A program made the translations under genes and the position numbers. Shown piece after piece: positions 17,659-27,229 of a stretch of 64,000 bases of DNA. This DNA is from a virus. Location: positions 6,385 through 70,384 of IMG/VR virus record IMGVR_UViG_3300035670_000163; one strand, given 5' to 3'. The first letter of the stretch is position 1. The number at the start of each line of letters is the position of its first letter. The notes below the pieces were generated by a model that worked only from the letters and a program-made list of their open reading frames with translations, did no database searches and was not told the origin of the DNA.

Positions 17659-19101
17659 TTACCAAGTAATTGAACCTGAACCCGTAAATTTATACATTTT
17701 GTATCCACCAGTATTGGTGTATGTTGGTGAACCTGTGGTTGAAACTGCGTCAGTATATGCATCAGCGTAACGAATGATTACAACACCAGATCCACCTGCT
17801 CGGCCAACTCGGCCACCAGGATAATCGTTATTTGCACCTCCACCACCGCCACCGCCAGTGTTTGTTCCTCCTGCTGTAGCTCCATTTCCAGAATTTTGCA
17901 GATATCCGCCGCCAGTTCCACCACCACCTAAACCACCAGTAGTCTCGTTATTTGATCCTCCACTACCGCCGCCTGCATAATATGTTCCAAGAGAATTCCA
18001 ATTTAAACCAACGCCGCCTTGTACTCCTGATCCTGCAGCTCCTATTCCTCCACCGCCGCCAGAAGCATAAGGTGCTCCTGTAGCATATGTTCCTCCATTA
18101 TTTCCTTGTGGTGGTGATGTTGAAGGTACGTTTCCAGAACCTGCGGCGCCACTACTGTATTTGCCGCCGCCACCGGATCCTCCAGATCCACCTGCTGTAC
18201 CTAAACTTGGCCCTCCAGCACCATAACCTCCTCCAGCAGAAGTTATCGTTGAAAATACTGAACTTTGACCTTGAGTTCCACTAGTCGAACTAGAACTTGT
18301 TGCTGTGCCACCAGCACCTCCCGCACCAATTGTTACTGTATATGGAGTTGATGCTGAAATTGACAATGTTCCAGTTCTATATCCACCAGCACCACCGCCA
18401 GCCGATCCAGCTTGATTAATATGCGCTCCGCCACCACCGCCACCACCGGCAACAACAAGATATTCAACAGAAGTTGGTACAGAAACAACTGAAACTGTTA
18501 AACTAAAATTCTTATCGCTGTCTTGATTCTCACCATCAGTAGCACGAATAGTAAAGTTATAAGTTGTTTCTTCTACAATACCTGTTACAGTACCATAGAA
18601 ATATCCGTTATTCAGCAATGTAGTGCCGGCTGGCAATGCAGTAGTATTAGAATAACTGGCCGCGCCTGTTGCATTAAATGTAATATTAAATGCAGTATCG
18701 ACAGATTGTCCTGTTAATGTGGTGTCTGTAACCCAAACAGGTGATGCTGAGTATGTTATTTTATTTACACCAATGGCTGTTGCGCCATCTGGATTTACAA
18801 CATAAACATCATATGTTGCAGCTGATTTTGCAGGCAATTGAACATTTAATCTTGTTGCATTGATATATGAAACTGCGGTAGCTGTTACTTCATTAATGAT
18901 AACAGTTGCACCATCTTCAAATCCTGTTCCAGTGATGACAACATAACCACCATTTGTTGAAATTGCTGTGTCATCTAATAAAGAATAAGATGAATTTGCA
19001 ATACTTACATTTGAAATTTTAGGTACAAGCGAGTTCGACCACTCAGAATAAGTGACAATTGTGTTTGCCGCAAAATTTTCTGTTGATACTTGAGTGGTCA
19101 A
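17659..19101 (-). CDS. IPT/Ig-like + glycine-rich virion protein (paralogue 2)
   Basis: Same architecture; EYLVVAGGGGG...GGSGVVIIRY...YKFTGSGSITW. Confidence 0.7.
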   Translation of the reverse strand: MTTQVSTENFAANTIVTYSEWSNSLVPKISNVSIANSSYSLLDDTAISTNGGYVVITGTGFEDGATVIINEVTATAVSYINATRLNVQLPAKSAATYDVYVVNPDGATAIGVNKITYSASPVWVTDTTLTGQSVDTAFNITFNATGAASYSNTTALPAGTTLLNNGYFYGTVTGIVEETTYNFTIRATDGENQDSDKNFSLTVSVVSVPTSVEYLVVAGGGGGGGAHINQAGSAGGGAGGYRTGTLSISASTPYTVTIGAGGAGGTATSSSSTSGTQGQSSVFSTITSAGGGYGAGGPSLGTAGGSGGSGGGGKYSSGAAGSGNVPSTSPPQGNNGGTYATGAPYASGGGGGIGAAGSGVQGGVGLNWNSLGTYYAGGGSGGSNNETTGGLGGGGTGGGYLQNSGNGATAGGTNTGGGGGGGANNDYPGGRVGRAGGSGVVIIRYADAYTDAVSTTGSPTYTNTGGYKMYKFTGSGSITW

Positions 19102-19111
19102 TTTTCAACTT

Positions 19112-19360
19112 TTATTCAGAAGTAGGTGCAACAAAAACGTCATTTGCCGCATCATATGTGTAACCGATGCCAGCATACAAGCCACGAAAACTAGCATTGT
19201 AACTTGTCTGAACCCAACGAGTGTCAGCACCAAAAAGAGATTTGCAGAATGCAATACCTTTGGCTTCGCTTTCTTCTCCACCTTCCATAAGTTCAGCATT
19301 GTTTACAACGATAACTTGTTCTACGACATTGTTAGCATCAAGTTTTGCAAAATGAGCCAT
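19112..19360 (-). CDS. Small acidic protein associated with Gly-rich fibre genes
   Basis: MAHFAKLD..NVVEQVIVV..WVQTSYN...YAGIGYTYD; strong AAGGAG SD. Confidence 0.7.
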   Translation of the reverse strand: MAHFAKLDANNVVEQVIVVNNAELMEGGEESEAKGIAFCKSLFGADTRWVQTSYNASFRGLYAGIGYTYDAANDVFVAPTSE

Positions 19361-19380
19361 TTTTTAATTCTCCTTTTTTA

Positions 19381-20892
19381 TTACCAAGTAATTGAGCCTG
19401 TGCCTGTAAATTTATAATATCTATAACCACCAGAAAGTGTATAGGTTGGTGATCCAGTAGTTGAAACAGCTAATGTTTTATTGTCTGGATACCTTATAAT
19501 AACAACTCCAGATCCTCCTGTACCTCCAGCAGCATCATTTGCTGTTCCTCCTCCACCTCCACCAGTATTTGTTGATCCTGCATTACCAATTGCTGCTGCG
19601 GTGCCGCCACCTCCAGATCCTCCTAATCCTTGAGTTCCTCCAGCTGCTGCTACACCTGATGCTCCTCCGCCGCCACCTCCATAGTACACTGTTGATCCTG
19701 TTGGCCACTCTAATCCAGATCCACCATTTCCTCCTGAAGTTGAAGTTCCGTTTCCGCCTACTGAAGTGGCTCCACCTCCACCTCCAGCTCCATAATATGG
19801 TGCCGAATTTACTGCTGATCCTCCATTATTTCCTTGTGAGGGAGAAACTGATGGTGTATTTCCAGATCCATATGATGATGGTTGGTCGTAATTTGCTCCA
19901 CCACCCGAACCTCCTGAATTTGCTGGCCTTCTTGGAGAACTATATGCACTACCTCCTGCACCACCACCAGTGGAAGTTAATATAAATGTTTGATTTGATA
20001 TAGAACTATCGGTTCCATTATAAGCTATATAAGATGTTGCTCCACCAGTTGTACCTCCAGCACCAACACTAATAGTATATGAAGATCCTTCAGTTATATT
20101 TAAAGTTCCATATCTAACTCCTCCAGCACCACCTCCGCCGCCGCCTCTTCCTCCTGCAGCGCCGCCTCCGGCAACTACTATATATTCAATTGATGTTGGC
20201 GGAACAACATTTGTAACTGTAAAACTAAATGATCTATCACTATCTTGGTTTTCATCGTCACTAGCACGAACAGTAAAATTATATGTTGTATCGGATTCCA
20301 CTTCAATATTACCATAATAATAACCATTAGCCGAAATTAAATTAAAATTGTCTGGTAAAGCAGTGGTGTTGGCATACGATGTTGCACCGTTGGCTTCAAA
20401 TGTACCTGTAAAAGCAACAGCATTTATGGCATTTGATAATGCAGAAGATGTTATCCATATTGGATTACCAGAGTAAGTGATTCCGTTAATTTTAATTCCC
20501 GTACCGCCATCTGGATTTACAACTGCTAATTGATATGATGCAGCATTTGCAGCGGGAACTTGGGCTCTTAATTCTGTACTTGAAACAAATGTAGTTGATG
20601 TTGCTGGTGTTGTACCAATAAGAACTTGGGCTCCAGATTGAAATCCTGTACCTGTAATAACAAGATAACCACCTCCAGTATTTGCAGCAGTGTCATCTAA
20701 AATTGAATATGTAGAATTTGCATATGAAACGACATTAATTTTTGGTGCAACACCTAAAGCAATTTCAGCAATGGCTGCATAGTTTGATAAGTTAGCAACT
20801 TTAGCATAGTCAGCTTCAAATGCCGCACTAACTTTTTCTGGTTCAACTGCACCATCAGCAATATTAGTACTTGTTATTCTTGTGAATGCCAT
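19381..20892 (-). CDS. IPT/Ig-like + glycine-rich virion protein (paralogue 1)
   Basis: Same architecture; EYIVVAGGG...GGSGVVIIRY...YKFTGTGSITW. Confidence 0.7.
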   Translation of the reverse strand: MAFTRITSTNIADGAVEPEKVSAAFEADYAKVANLSNYAAIAEIALGVAPKINVVSYANSTYSILDDTAANTGGGYLVITGTGFQSGAQVLIGTTPATSTTFVSSTELRAQVPAANAASYQLAVVNPDGGTGIKINGITYSGNPIWITSSALSNAINAVAFTGTFEANGATSYANTTALPDNFNLISANGYYYGNIEVESDTTYNFTVRASDDENQDSDRSFSFTVTNVVPPTSIEYIVVAGGGAAGGRGGGGGGAGGVRYGTLNITEGSSYTISVGAGGTTGGATSYIAYNGTDSSISNQTFILTSTGGGAGGSAYSSPRRPANSGGSGGGANYDQPSSYGSGNTPSVSPSQGNNGGSAVNSAPYYGAGGGGGATSVGGNGTSTSGGNGGSGLEWPTGSTVYYGGGGGGASGVAAAGGTQGLGGSGGGGTAAAIGNAGSTNTGGGGGGTANDAAGGTGGSGVVIIRYPDNKTLAVSTTGSPTYTLSGGYRYYKFTGTGSITW

Positions 20893-20902
20893 ATGTTATC
20901 TC

Positions 20903-23900
20903 TTAAACAGGAAGTTCTCTAATTTGAATTTGTACACCATCAGCTGGTGCAGTTGTAAATGTTAATATTGTACCAGAAACAGTATAGTCGGCAATTGGTG
21001 CCTGACAGATACCATTTTCAAATACTAATACTGAGTTTGCAGAATGACCAGAAGAAATTGTAAATTCTGTACAAGCTGAACCACCAGTATATATTCTAGA
21101 ATTGTAACGAGAAGATGTAACATTCATTTCTGAACCAGCAACAGTTACAACTTCAAGTGTATCATTTGCCGTTGCAGCTTCAGTAAATATAACATTTGCA
21201 CCAGAAATCGTGTAGACAGATTTATTCTGATAAACACCATTTAGATAAACAAATGTGTGATTTTCATTTTGTGGTAGTGTAGATAATGTAAATTCTAAAG
21301 AAGAACCATCGCCACTAAATGTATCTACAACTGTACTGAATGATGCCGCATAACCACCACCACCAGAGTAAACAGTGACTTCAATATTTGCACTATTGGC
21401 TGGAGCTTCTGTAAATACAATTGAACTTCCAGTAATTGTATAAGAAGACTTCATCTGTGGAACACCACCAACAATCACTGAAGTTAAATTTTTATTTACC
21501 GGTACTGATGAAAGTGAAAATGTAGTACATGCACCCGTACCAATAAATTCATTTACTTTTACACCAAGTTGTGAAGGTGTTGTATTTGCAAGAACACGAA
21601 CTTCAAGAATCGAATTGGCATCAAGAGCTTCAGACAAAGTAATTGTATTGCCAGTTAAAGAATAGGCAGATGCTTGCTGATAAACACCATCAACATAAAC
21701 AAACAATTGATTTGCGGATGTTGGTGTTACAGCAAGTGTAAATATAGTGTTTGTGCCGTTACTAGTGAAGTTCTCAAGAGATGCAACATAGATTTCAGAT
21801 CCACCAGAATTTGCTTGTGCGTAAGCAGCATTTGCGTGAGCTCTTGCATAAGAATCTGTTGTTGCGCCGCCGCCACTATTTGCGGTTTCAAATGCAGCAT
21901 TAGCATGTAAATATGCAGCATTTGCATGTGCTCGAGCATAAGTGTCATCACCACCAGCAGTATTAGCAGCATCAAAAGCGGCTTGTGCTAAAGTATTTGC
22001 AGTATTACCAATTGCAAAGGCACCATTGGCATATGAACTTGCTGAGTTAGCAGCATCACGTACCCAAGTATCTACAGCATTATTAGCTGCGTTAAAGGCA
22101 GCTTGCGCTAATGTTGTTCCTGTATTTGCCTGTGCATAAGCACTATTAGCATAACTAGAAGCAGCATTAGCTGCATTTCTTACCCATGTATCAGTTGCAT
22201 TATTGGCCGCATTGTAAGCAGAATTTGCATGTAAATAAGCCGAGTTGGCATAAGAACCAGATGTAACAGCTCTTTGATCTGCCGTATTGGCAGCAGAGAA
22301 GGCCGAATTAGCATAAGAACCAGATGTGACAGCTCTTTGGTCTGCCGTATTAGCAGCAGTAAATGCTGAGTTGGCATAAGAACCAGATGTAACAGCTCTT
22401 TGGTCTGCTGTATTAGAAGCTGCAAAAGCGGCATTAGCATAAGATTCAGCCGCAGATGAACCGATATCACTATAAGATGAACCATCATTAGTAAAGGTCC
22501 ATTTGTCAGTTGTTTCGTTCCAAATTAAACCAACATTTGCAGAAGCACCACGATCAACTTCAACACCAGCATTTTCTGATGGTGCAAAGGCTTGTGGAAT
22601 ATCTGCATTAAGTGTAATGATTGCATCACCAAGATTTACGACAGTACTATTAGCGTATGTTGTTTGTCCAGATACAGTTAAATTACCGGAAACAATTACA
22701 TCACCTGAGATTGTACCACCTGTCGCATCGTATTTTAAATTAGCAGTTGCAAAAGCAGCATTGGCATATGTACCAGATGTAACGGCTCTTTGGTCTGCGG
22801 TATTGGCAGCTGCAAAAGCAGCATTAGCATAAGAACCAGATGTGACAGCTCTTTGGTCTGCTGTATTAGCAGCTACAAAGCCACTATTAGCATAACTAGA
22901 AGCAGCATTAGCTGCATTTCTTACCCATGTATCAGTTGCATTATTAGCGGTATCAAAAGCTGCATTAGCATGATCTCTAGCAATTTGAGCCAAAGTATTT
23001 GAAGCATAAACGTCTGCACTTTGATATGTTGTTACTTCAATATTGGTATTTGATCCTGGAGCTTCAGAAAATACAATATCTGAACCAGAAATATTATATG
23101 ATGTTTTTAGTTGCGTTACACCATCAATAACAACAGAAGTATAGTTTTCGTTTATTGGTGTAGTAGTTAAAGCAAATGTAGTACAAGAATTATCTCCTGT
23201 AAATGAATCTAATGTTATTGATACACCAACAGAAATAGATTCTTGAGATGTAAATGTAACCACATCAATTGCAACATTTGTTCCAGGTGCTTCAGAAAAA
23301 ACAACATTTGCACCAGAAATATTATAAGCAGATTTATGCTGTGTTAATCCATTTAATGTAACAAGAGTAAAGTTTTCACTGACTGGTGTTGTTGATAAAG
23401 TAAATGTTGTGCAAGAATTATCACCTGTAAATGCATCTAAAGAAATAGAAACACCAAATTGTGAATTTGCTAAATTGGCCGAAAGGTTTGCTTTATCAAA
23501 AGCTGCATTAGCGTGAACATATCCAGAATTAGCATATGAACTTGCTGAGTTAGCAGCTGTACGTACCCATGTATCAGTTGCATTATTAGCGGCATCATAC
23601 GCAGCTTGTGCAAGAGTATTTGCGGTATTACCAATTGCAAAGGCACCATTGGCATAACTAGAAGCGCTGTTGGCAGCATCACGTACCCAAGTATCTACAG
23701 CATTATTAGCAGCATTGAAAGCCGCATTAGCATGAATATAAGATGAGTTAGCATAAGAACCAGAAGTTATTGCTTTTTGATCAGCAGTATTTGCAGCAAC
23801 AAATGCGCCATTGGCATAACTAGAAGCACTATTAGCAGCATCACGTACCCAAGTATCTACAGCATTATTAGCTGCGTTAAAGGCAGCGTTAGCATGAATG

Positions 23901-24949
23901 TATGCGCTATTAGCATAAGAACCACTTGTTACTGCTTTTTGATCTGCTGTATTGGCAGCTGCAAAAGCAGCATTAGCATATGTACCAGATGTAACAGCTC
24001 TTTGATCTGCCGTATTAGCAGCAGTAAAAGCCGCATTGGCTTGTGTTAGTACTTCAACATTTCTTACTATAACGGTATTTGCGATAACATTTGCACGAAG
24101 TTCAGCTTGATATAAGCTTGGATTGCTTAAATCTAATGTGTTAGTATCAAACTCATCATCATAATTTGTAAACAGATAGAAGGTATTAGAACCTTCCATA
24201 CGAATTAAACCTGCGTGGCGATTTGTTGTGCCATCATTGTAGTTACCAACAAATCCAATACCAACAACATCAGAATCATAATTGTTTGCAGCAAGGTAAA
24301 TAATTGGATCGGTGACGTTTAATGTTGTAACGTCAATTTGAATTGTATTGCCAGAAACAGTGAGGTTACCTGCAATAGATAAATCACCTGTAATTGTACC
24401 ACCAGTTAAATCTAGTTTATTATTAGCCGCAGCATAAGCTGCATTAGCATGAATATATGCTGAGTTAGCATAATCACCAGAAGTTACTGCTTTTTGATCT
24501 GCTATATTGGCAGCTGCAAACGCAGCATTGGCATAAACTCCAGCAGAATTAGCAGTTTCAAAAGAAGCATTAGCATAACTAGCTGCAGAATTTGCGGTTA
24601 TAAACGCACCATTTGCGTATGACGAAGCTGAGTTTGCACTTACAAAAGCACCGTTTGCATATATTGATGCAGAGTTGGCCACTACAAATGAACTATTAGC
24701 ATATATTGATGCAGAATTTGCCGCATCAAATGCAGATTGAGCAGTTAAACCACCAGAAAGTAACGAAGTAGATGACCAATTTCTTTGGCCAGGAGCATTA
24801 GAATCGTATATTAAAACATAACCATCAGCTGGCGCAATCCCAAGATTTGGTTCTGCCTGTTCTAATCCTAAAAATTGATAACGGTCTTCCGTTACATTGG
24901 CAGAGGGTGTTACCTTTACTCTGCCGCTTAGTAATTTATTTTTAACCAT
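20903..24949 (-). CDS. Long fibre protein with ANxA heptad stalks and six beta-sandwich repeats
   Basis: 1348 aa; ANSASSY/ANAAF/ANTADQR heptads; six F.G.....F.L...V..[DN]G..Q....Y...G..I.F..A repeats. Confidence 0.75.
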   Translation of the reverse strand: MVKNKLLSGRVKVTPSANVTEDRYQFLGLEQAEPNLGIAPADGYVLIYDSNAPGQRNWSSTSLLSGGLTAQSAFDAANSASIYANSSFVVANSASIYANGAFVSANSASSYANGAFITANSAASYANASFETANSAGVYANAAFAAANIADQKAVTSGDYANSAYIHANAAYAAANNKLDLTGGTITGDLSIAGNLTVSGNTIQIDVTTLNVTDPIIYLAANNYDSDVVGIGFVGNYNDGTTNRHAGLIRMEGSNTFYLFTNYDDEFDTNTLDLSNPSLYQAELRANVIANTVIVRNVEVLTQANAAFTAANTADQRAVTSGTYANAAFAAANTADQKAVTSGSYANSAYIHANAAFNAANNAVDTWVRDAANSASSYANGAFVAANTADQKAITSGSYANSSYIHANAAFNAANNAVDTWVRDAANSASSYANGAFAIGNTANTLAQAAYDAANNATDTWVRTAANSASSYANSGYVHANAAFDKANLSANLANSQFGVSISLDAFTGDNSCTTFTLSTTPVSENFTLVTLNGLTQHKSAYNISGANVVFSEAPGTNVAIDVVTFTSQESISVGVSITLDSFTGDNSCTTFALTTTPINENYTSVVIDGVTQLKTSYNISGSDIVFSEAPGSNTNIEVTTYQSADVYASNTLAQIARDHANAAFDTANNATDTWVRNAANAASSYANSGFVAANTADQRAVTSGSYANAAFAAANTADQRAVTSGTYANAAFATANLKYDATGGTISGDVIVSGNLTVSGQTTYANSTVVNLGDAIITLNADIPQAFAPSENAGVEVDRGASANVGLIWNETTDKWTFTNDGSSYSDIGSSAAESYANAAFAASNTADQRAVTSGSYANSAFTAANTADQRAVTSGSYANSAFSAANTADQRAVTSGSYANSAYLHANSAYNAANNATDTWVRNAANAASSYANSAYAQANTGTTLAQAAFNAANNAVDTWVRDAANSASSYANGAFAIGNTANTLAQAAFDAANTAGGDDTYARAHANAAYLHANAAFETANSGGGATTDSYARAHANAAYAQANSGGSEIYVASLENFTSNGTNTIFTLAVTPTSANQLFVYVDGVYQQASAYSLTGNTITLSEALDANSILEVRVLANTTPSQLGVKVNEFIGTGACTTFSLSSVPVNKNLTSVIVGGVPQMKSSYTITGSSIVFTEAPANSANIEVTVYSGGGGYAASFSTVVDTFSGDGSSLEFTLSTLPQNENHTFVYLNGVYQNKSVYTISGANVIFTEAATANDTLEVVTVAGSEMNVTSSRYNSRIYTGGSACTEFTISSGHSANSVLVFENGICQAPIADYTVSGTILTFTTAPADGVQIQIRELPV
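22047..23887. repeat. Intragenic perfect and tandem DNA repeats
   Basis: 56-bp identity 22047-22102 = 23832-23887; 64-bp identity 22141-22204 = 22882-22945; 63-bp period (AGCTCTTTG at 22268, 22331, 22394); 162-bp period (23676/23838). Confidence 0.9.
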
Positions 24950-25283
24950 TTGAAGTTTCTAGTATTGATAATGTCAATTCTGCACTATTATTTGCATTTG
25001 ATAAAATTGAAAAACCGTCTCCTGCTTCTAAAACTAATTTACCCAATAAAAGAGAAGCTGCATCGTTTGTTGGAATTTCGGTGTTTGCAATTAGTCGTGT
25101 TACATTGCCGCCTCTCACATGAGAAGCGGTAACATCAATTGTACTTGAAGTATTAATATTAGAAACTTGCGCTAGAAGGACAACTGTTGTTACTCCTGCT
25201 GGACAAGTATAAACAGTATTTGCGACAGTAGTAACTGGCAGAGCAACTGTCTTAAAAGTATTTAAAGGAATATTTTGTGCCAT
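24942..25283 (-). CDS. Small beta-rich virion/fibre-associated protein
   Basis: 113 aa, NTFKT..VYTCPAG.T.VVL..QVSN...GKLVLEAGD. Confidence 0.6.
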   Translation of the reverse strand: MAQNIPLNTFKTVALPVTTVANTVYTCPAGVTTVVLLAQVSNINTSSTIDVTASHVRGGNVTRLIANTEIPTNDAASLLLGKLVLEAGDGFSILSNANNSAELTLSILETSNG

Positions 25284-25290
25284 TTTTTAT

Positions 25291-27216
25291 TTAGCCTTCT
25301 AATGCAAGAATGAATGGTGTCATTTGAGCAAACAAACTCTTTGTAAATGTGGTGCCAGAAATTGTTCCTGTTGCCTGATCAATGGATAAATCTGAAACTA
25401 AGAAGTTACCATTTTGATCTGTTGATGTGCAGAACACAGCGCCTTCTGCCTCACGAACAATTTGCAACGAAGTATTTGGAACACCACCGTTTCTTGGTAA
25501 TGCTGTACTGAGTGAAGTTCCTGCACCAACAAATTCAAATGTTTGACCTGAAGCTCTCAACTGACTTTGTTGATAAAAATTAATTGTTGTACCGCTTGAG
25601 AATACGTTATCTAACGATTCTCTAAATTCTACTGTTGTATTGCCGCTCGATATTGGAGAAGATGTGACAACATAATAATATGTTCCTGATGTATCTCCGT
25701 CTACAATACCAATTAAACCAACATATGGTTCTGTCGCAGTAACATTAAAATAAGAATCTGTATTTGCAACAACATTATTTAGATTAGCCGAAAACGAACC
25801 AATCGCAGTATCACCATTGAATGTGGCAGTCATGGCCAATGCACCTTTGCCATTTGCAACAAGACCTTTATTACCAAAGTTCACGTTACAGTTACCCATA
25901 GAAGCAGTGCCACCAGACTCAGCCAAAAATCCAATATCGCAGAAGATGGCATACATGGAAACTAACTGAGCGTAACCATCATTCAGTACATGGAATCCAC
26001 GACCTCCAACATTGATCTGCGTAAATTGTGCTGAGACCATACTCTTGTTTCCAGTCGCTAAACGACCATCAACTTTGAGTCCTGTTCCAGTTGTAGTACC
26101 AGATGAGCAAACATAAACATATGGACTTGCCGTAATGTATGTTGACCAGCGAGCAGTATTTGCGGCTGGACTTGTTCTTAGAGGTATCGCAATATTATAT
26201 GTTGATGTTGCGTCTGGATTTGTAGACCAATTAGAATTGGCAGTAGCTACTTTTGTTGTGCCATTGTAAGCACTAATTGTTTTAACTTGACCTGATCCTG
26301 TACCACCAGTAATGGTGATTTCCATATCAGTATAATATTCATCGAGGGTTTCTTCACCAGCAGCAAGAGTGATTGTATTAGAAGATCCTGCTTGTGCAGT
26401 ACCAGAAGAAACTGTTGTTCCTGGGAAAGCAACAGCGTTTGCAAGATAACCTTCAAACTTCATACTGTTAATCCAGCAACCATTATTTACCCAAAATACG
26501 TCTTTGTTTGGATTGGCGGGTTTGATAACTGTCGTTCTCTCACCGTCACCTTTAACTTGAACGAATTGTGGAACAATAATTGGAGTTGTTTCTTCGTAAA
26601 TACCAGATGCAATTGTAACTTGCATGAATGGTCTTGCAGCATTCATAGCTGAACGAATTGTTCTTTTTGGTCTACTAAATGCAAGACCATCGTTACTGTC
26701 GTCGCCATTTGGCGCAACAAAAATTTGTGAGCCTGTATTACCTTGTGCAAGTTCTGTCAGACCAATTGTGATAGAATCTGAACCGGCATCACCTGTAATT
26801 GTAACACCATTTGTTGGTGTTAATGTGATTGTATCTGTTTGAGAATCGGCAACAACGTTTGTTCCGTTTGCTGCAAATGTTACAAACGATTCTACGGAAT
26901 TTGCTTTATCAAATGCGGCTTGTGCAGTTAAATTAGCAGTGTTTGCTAAGTCTCTGGCAGTATTGTCAATTGCAGCACCACCTGCAATAGTGTTTGCATA
27001 ATCGTAAGCAGCATTGGCGTGAATGTATGCACTGTTGGCATAAGAACCAGCAGTTTGTACAGCAGTTTCTTGTGCTAGAGGAAAACCACCAGCAGTAGAA
27101 CCATCATGTACAACTACGGTATTTTTATCGGTATCTACTGTCAGTTCGGCCACAGCACCTGTAAAAGTACTGTGGGCTGATGTATTACCTCTGCGATGTT
27201 TTAATGTGATAGACAT
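25291..27216 (-). CDS. Tailspike-like protein: Mtd-N-like anchor + pectin-lyase-like beta-helix
   Basis: N-term KHRRGNT..H.TFTGA..ELTVDTDK.TVVVHDG.TAGGFPL; FVAPNGDDSNDG...PKRTI..A...I.SG.YEE.PI.VP...GDG is a typical beta-helix start. Confidence 0.7.
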   Translation of the reverse strand: MSITLKHRRGNTSAHSTFTGAVAELTVDTDKNTVVVHDGSTAGGFPLAQETAVQTAGSYANSAYIHANAAYDYANTIAGGAAIDNTARDLANTANLTAQAAFDKANSVESFVTFAANGTNVVADSQTDTITLTPTNGVTITGDAGSDSITIGLTELAQGNTGSQIFVAPNGDDSNDGLAFSRPKRTIRSAMNAARPFMQVTIASGIYEETTPIIVPQFVQVKGDGERTTVIKPANPNKDVFWVNNGCWINSMKFEGYLANAVAFPGTTVSSGTAQAGSSNTITLAAGEETLDEYYTDMEITITGGTGSGQVKTISAYNGTTKVATANSNWSTNPDATSTYNIAIPLRTSPAANTARWSTYITASPYVYVCSSGTTTGTGLKVDGRLATGNKSMVSAQFTQINVGGRGFHVLNDGYAQLVSMYAIFCDIGFLAESGGTASMGNCNVNFGNKGLVANGKGALAMTATFNGDTAIGSFSANLNNVVANTDSYFNVTATEPYVGLIGIVDGDTSGTYYYVVTSSPISSGNTTVEFRESLDNVFSSGTTINFYQQSQLRASGQTFEFVGAGTSLSTALPRNGGVPNTSLQIVREAEGAVFCTSTDQNGNFLVSDLSIDQATGTISGTTFTKSLFAQMTPFILALEG

Positions 27217-27221
27217 AATTC

Positions 27222-27229
27222 TATTTATA
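27222..27229 (-). promoter_or_regulatory. Late promoter TATAAATA 5 nt before ATG
   Basis: Minus strand TATAAATA-GAATT-ATG, no SD. Confidence 0.7.

Noticed and set aside
25291-27216. Diversity-generating retroelement suggested by the Mtd-N-like domain and duplicated segments
   Set aside because: No reverse transcriptase in the window, no C-type lectin tip, and repeat differences are not adenine-specific
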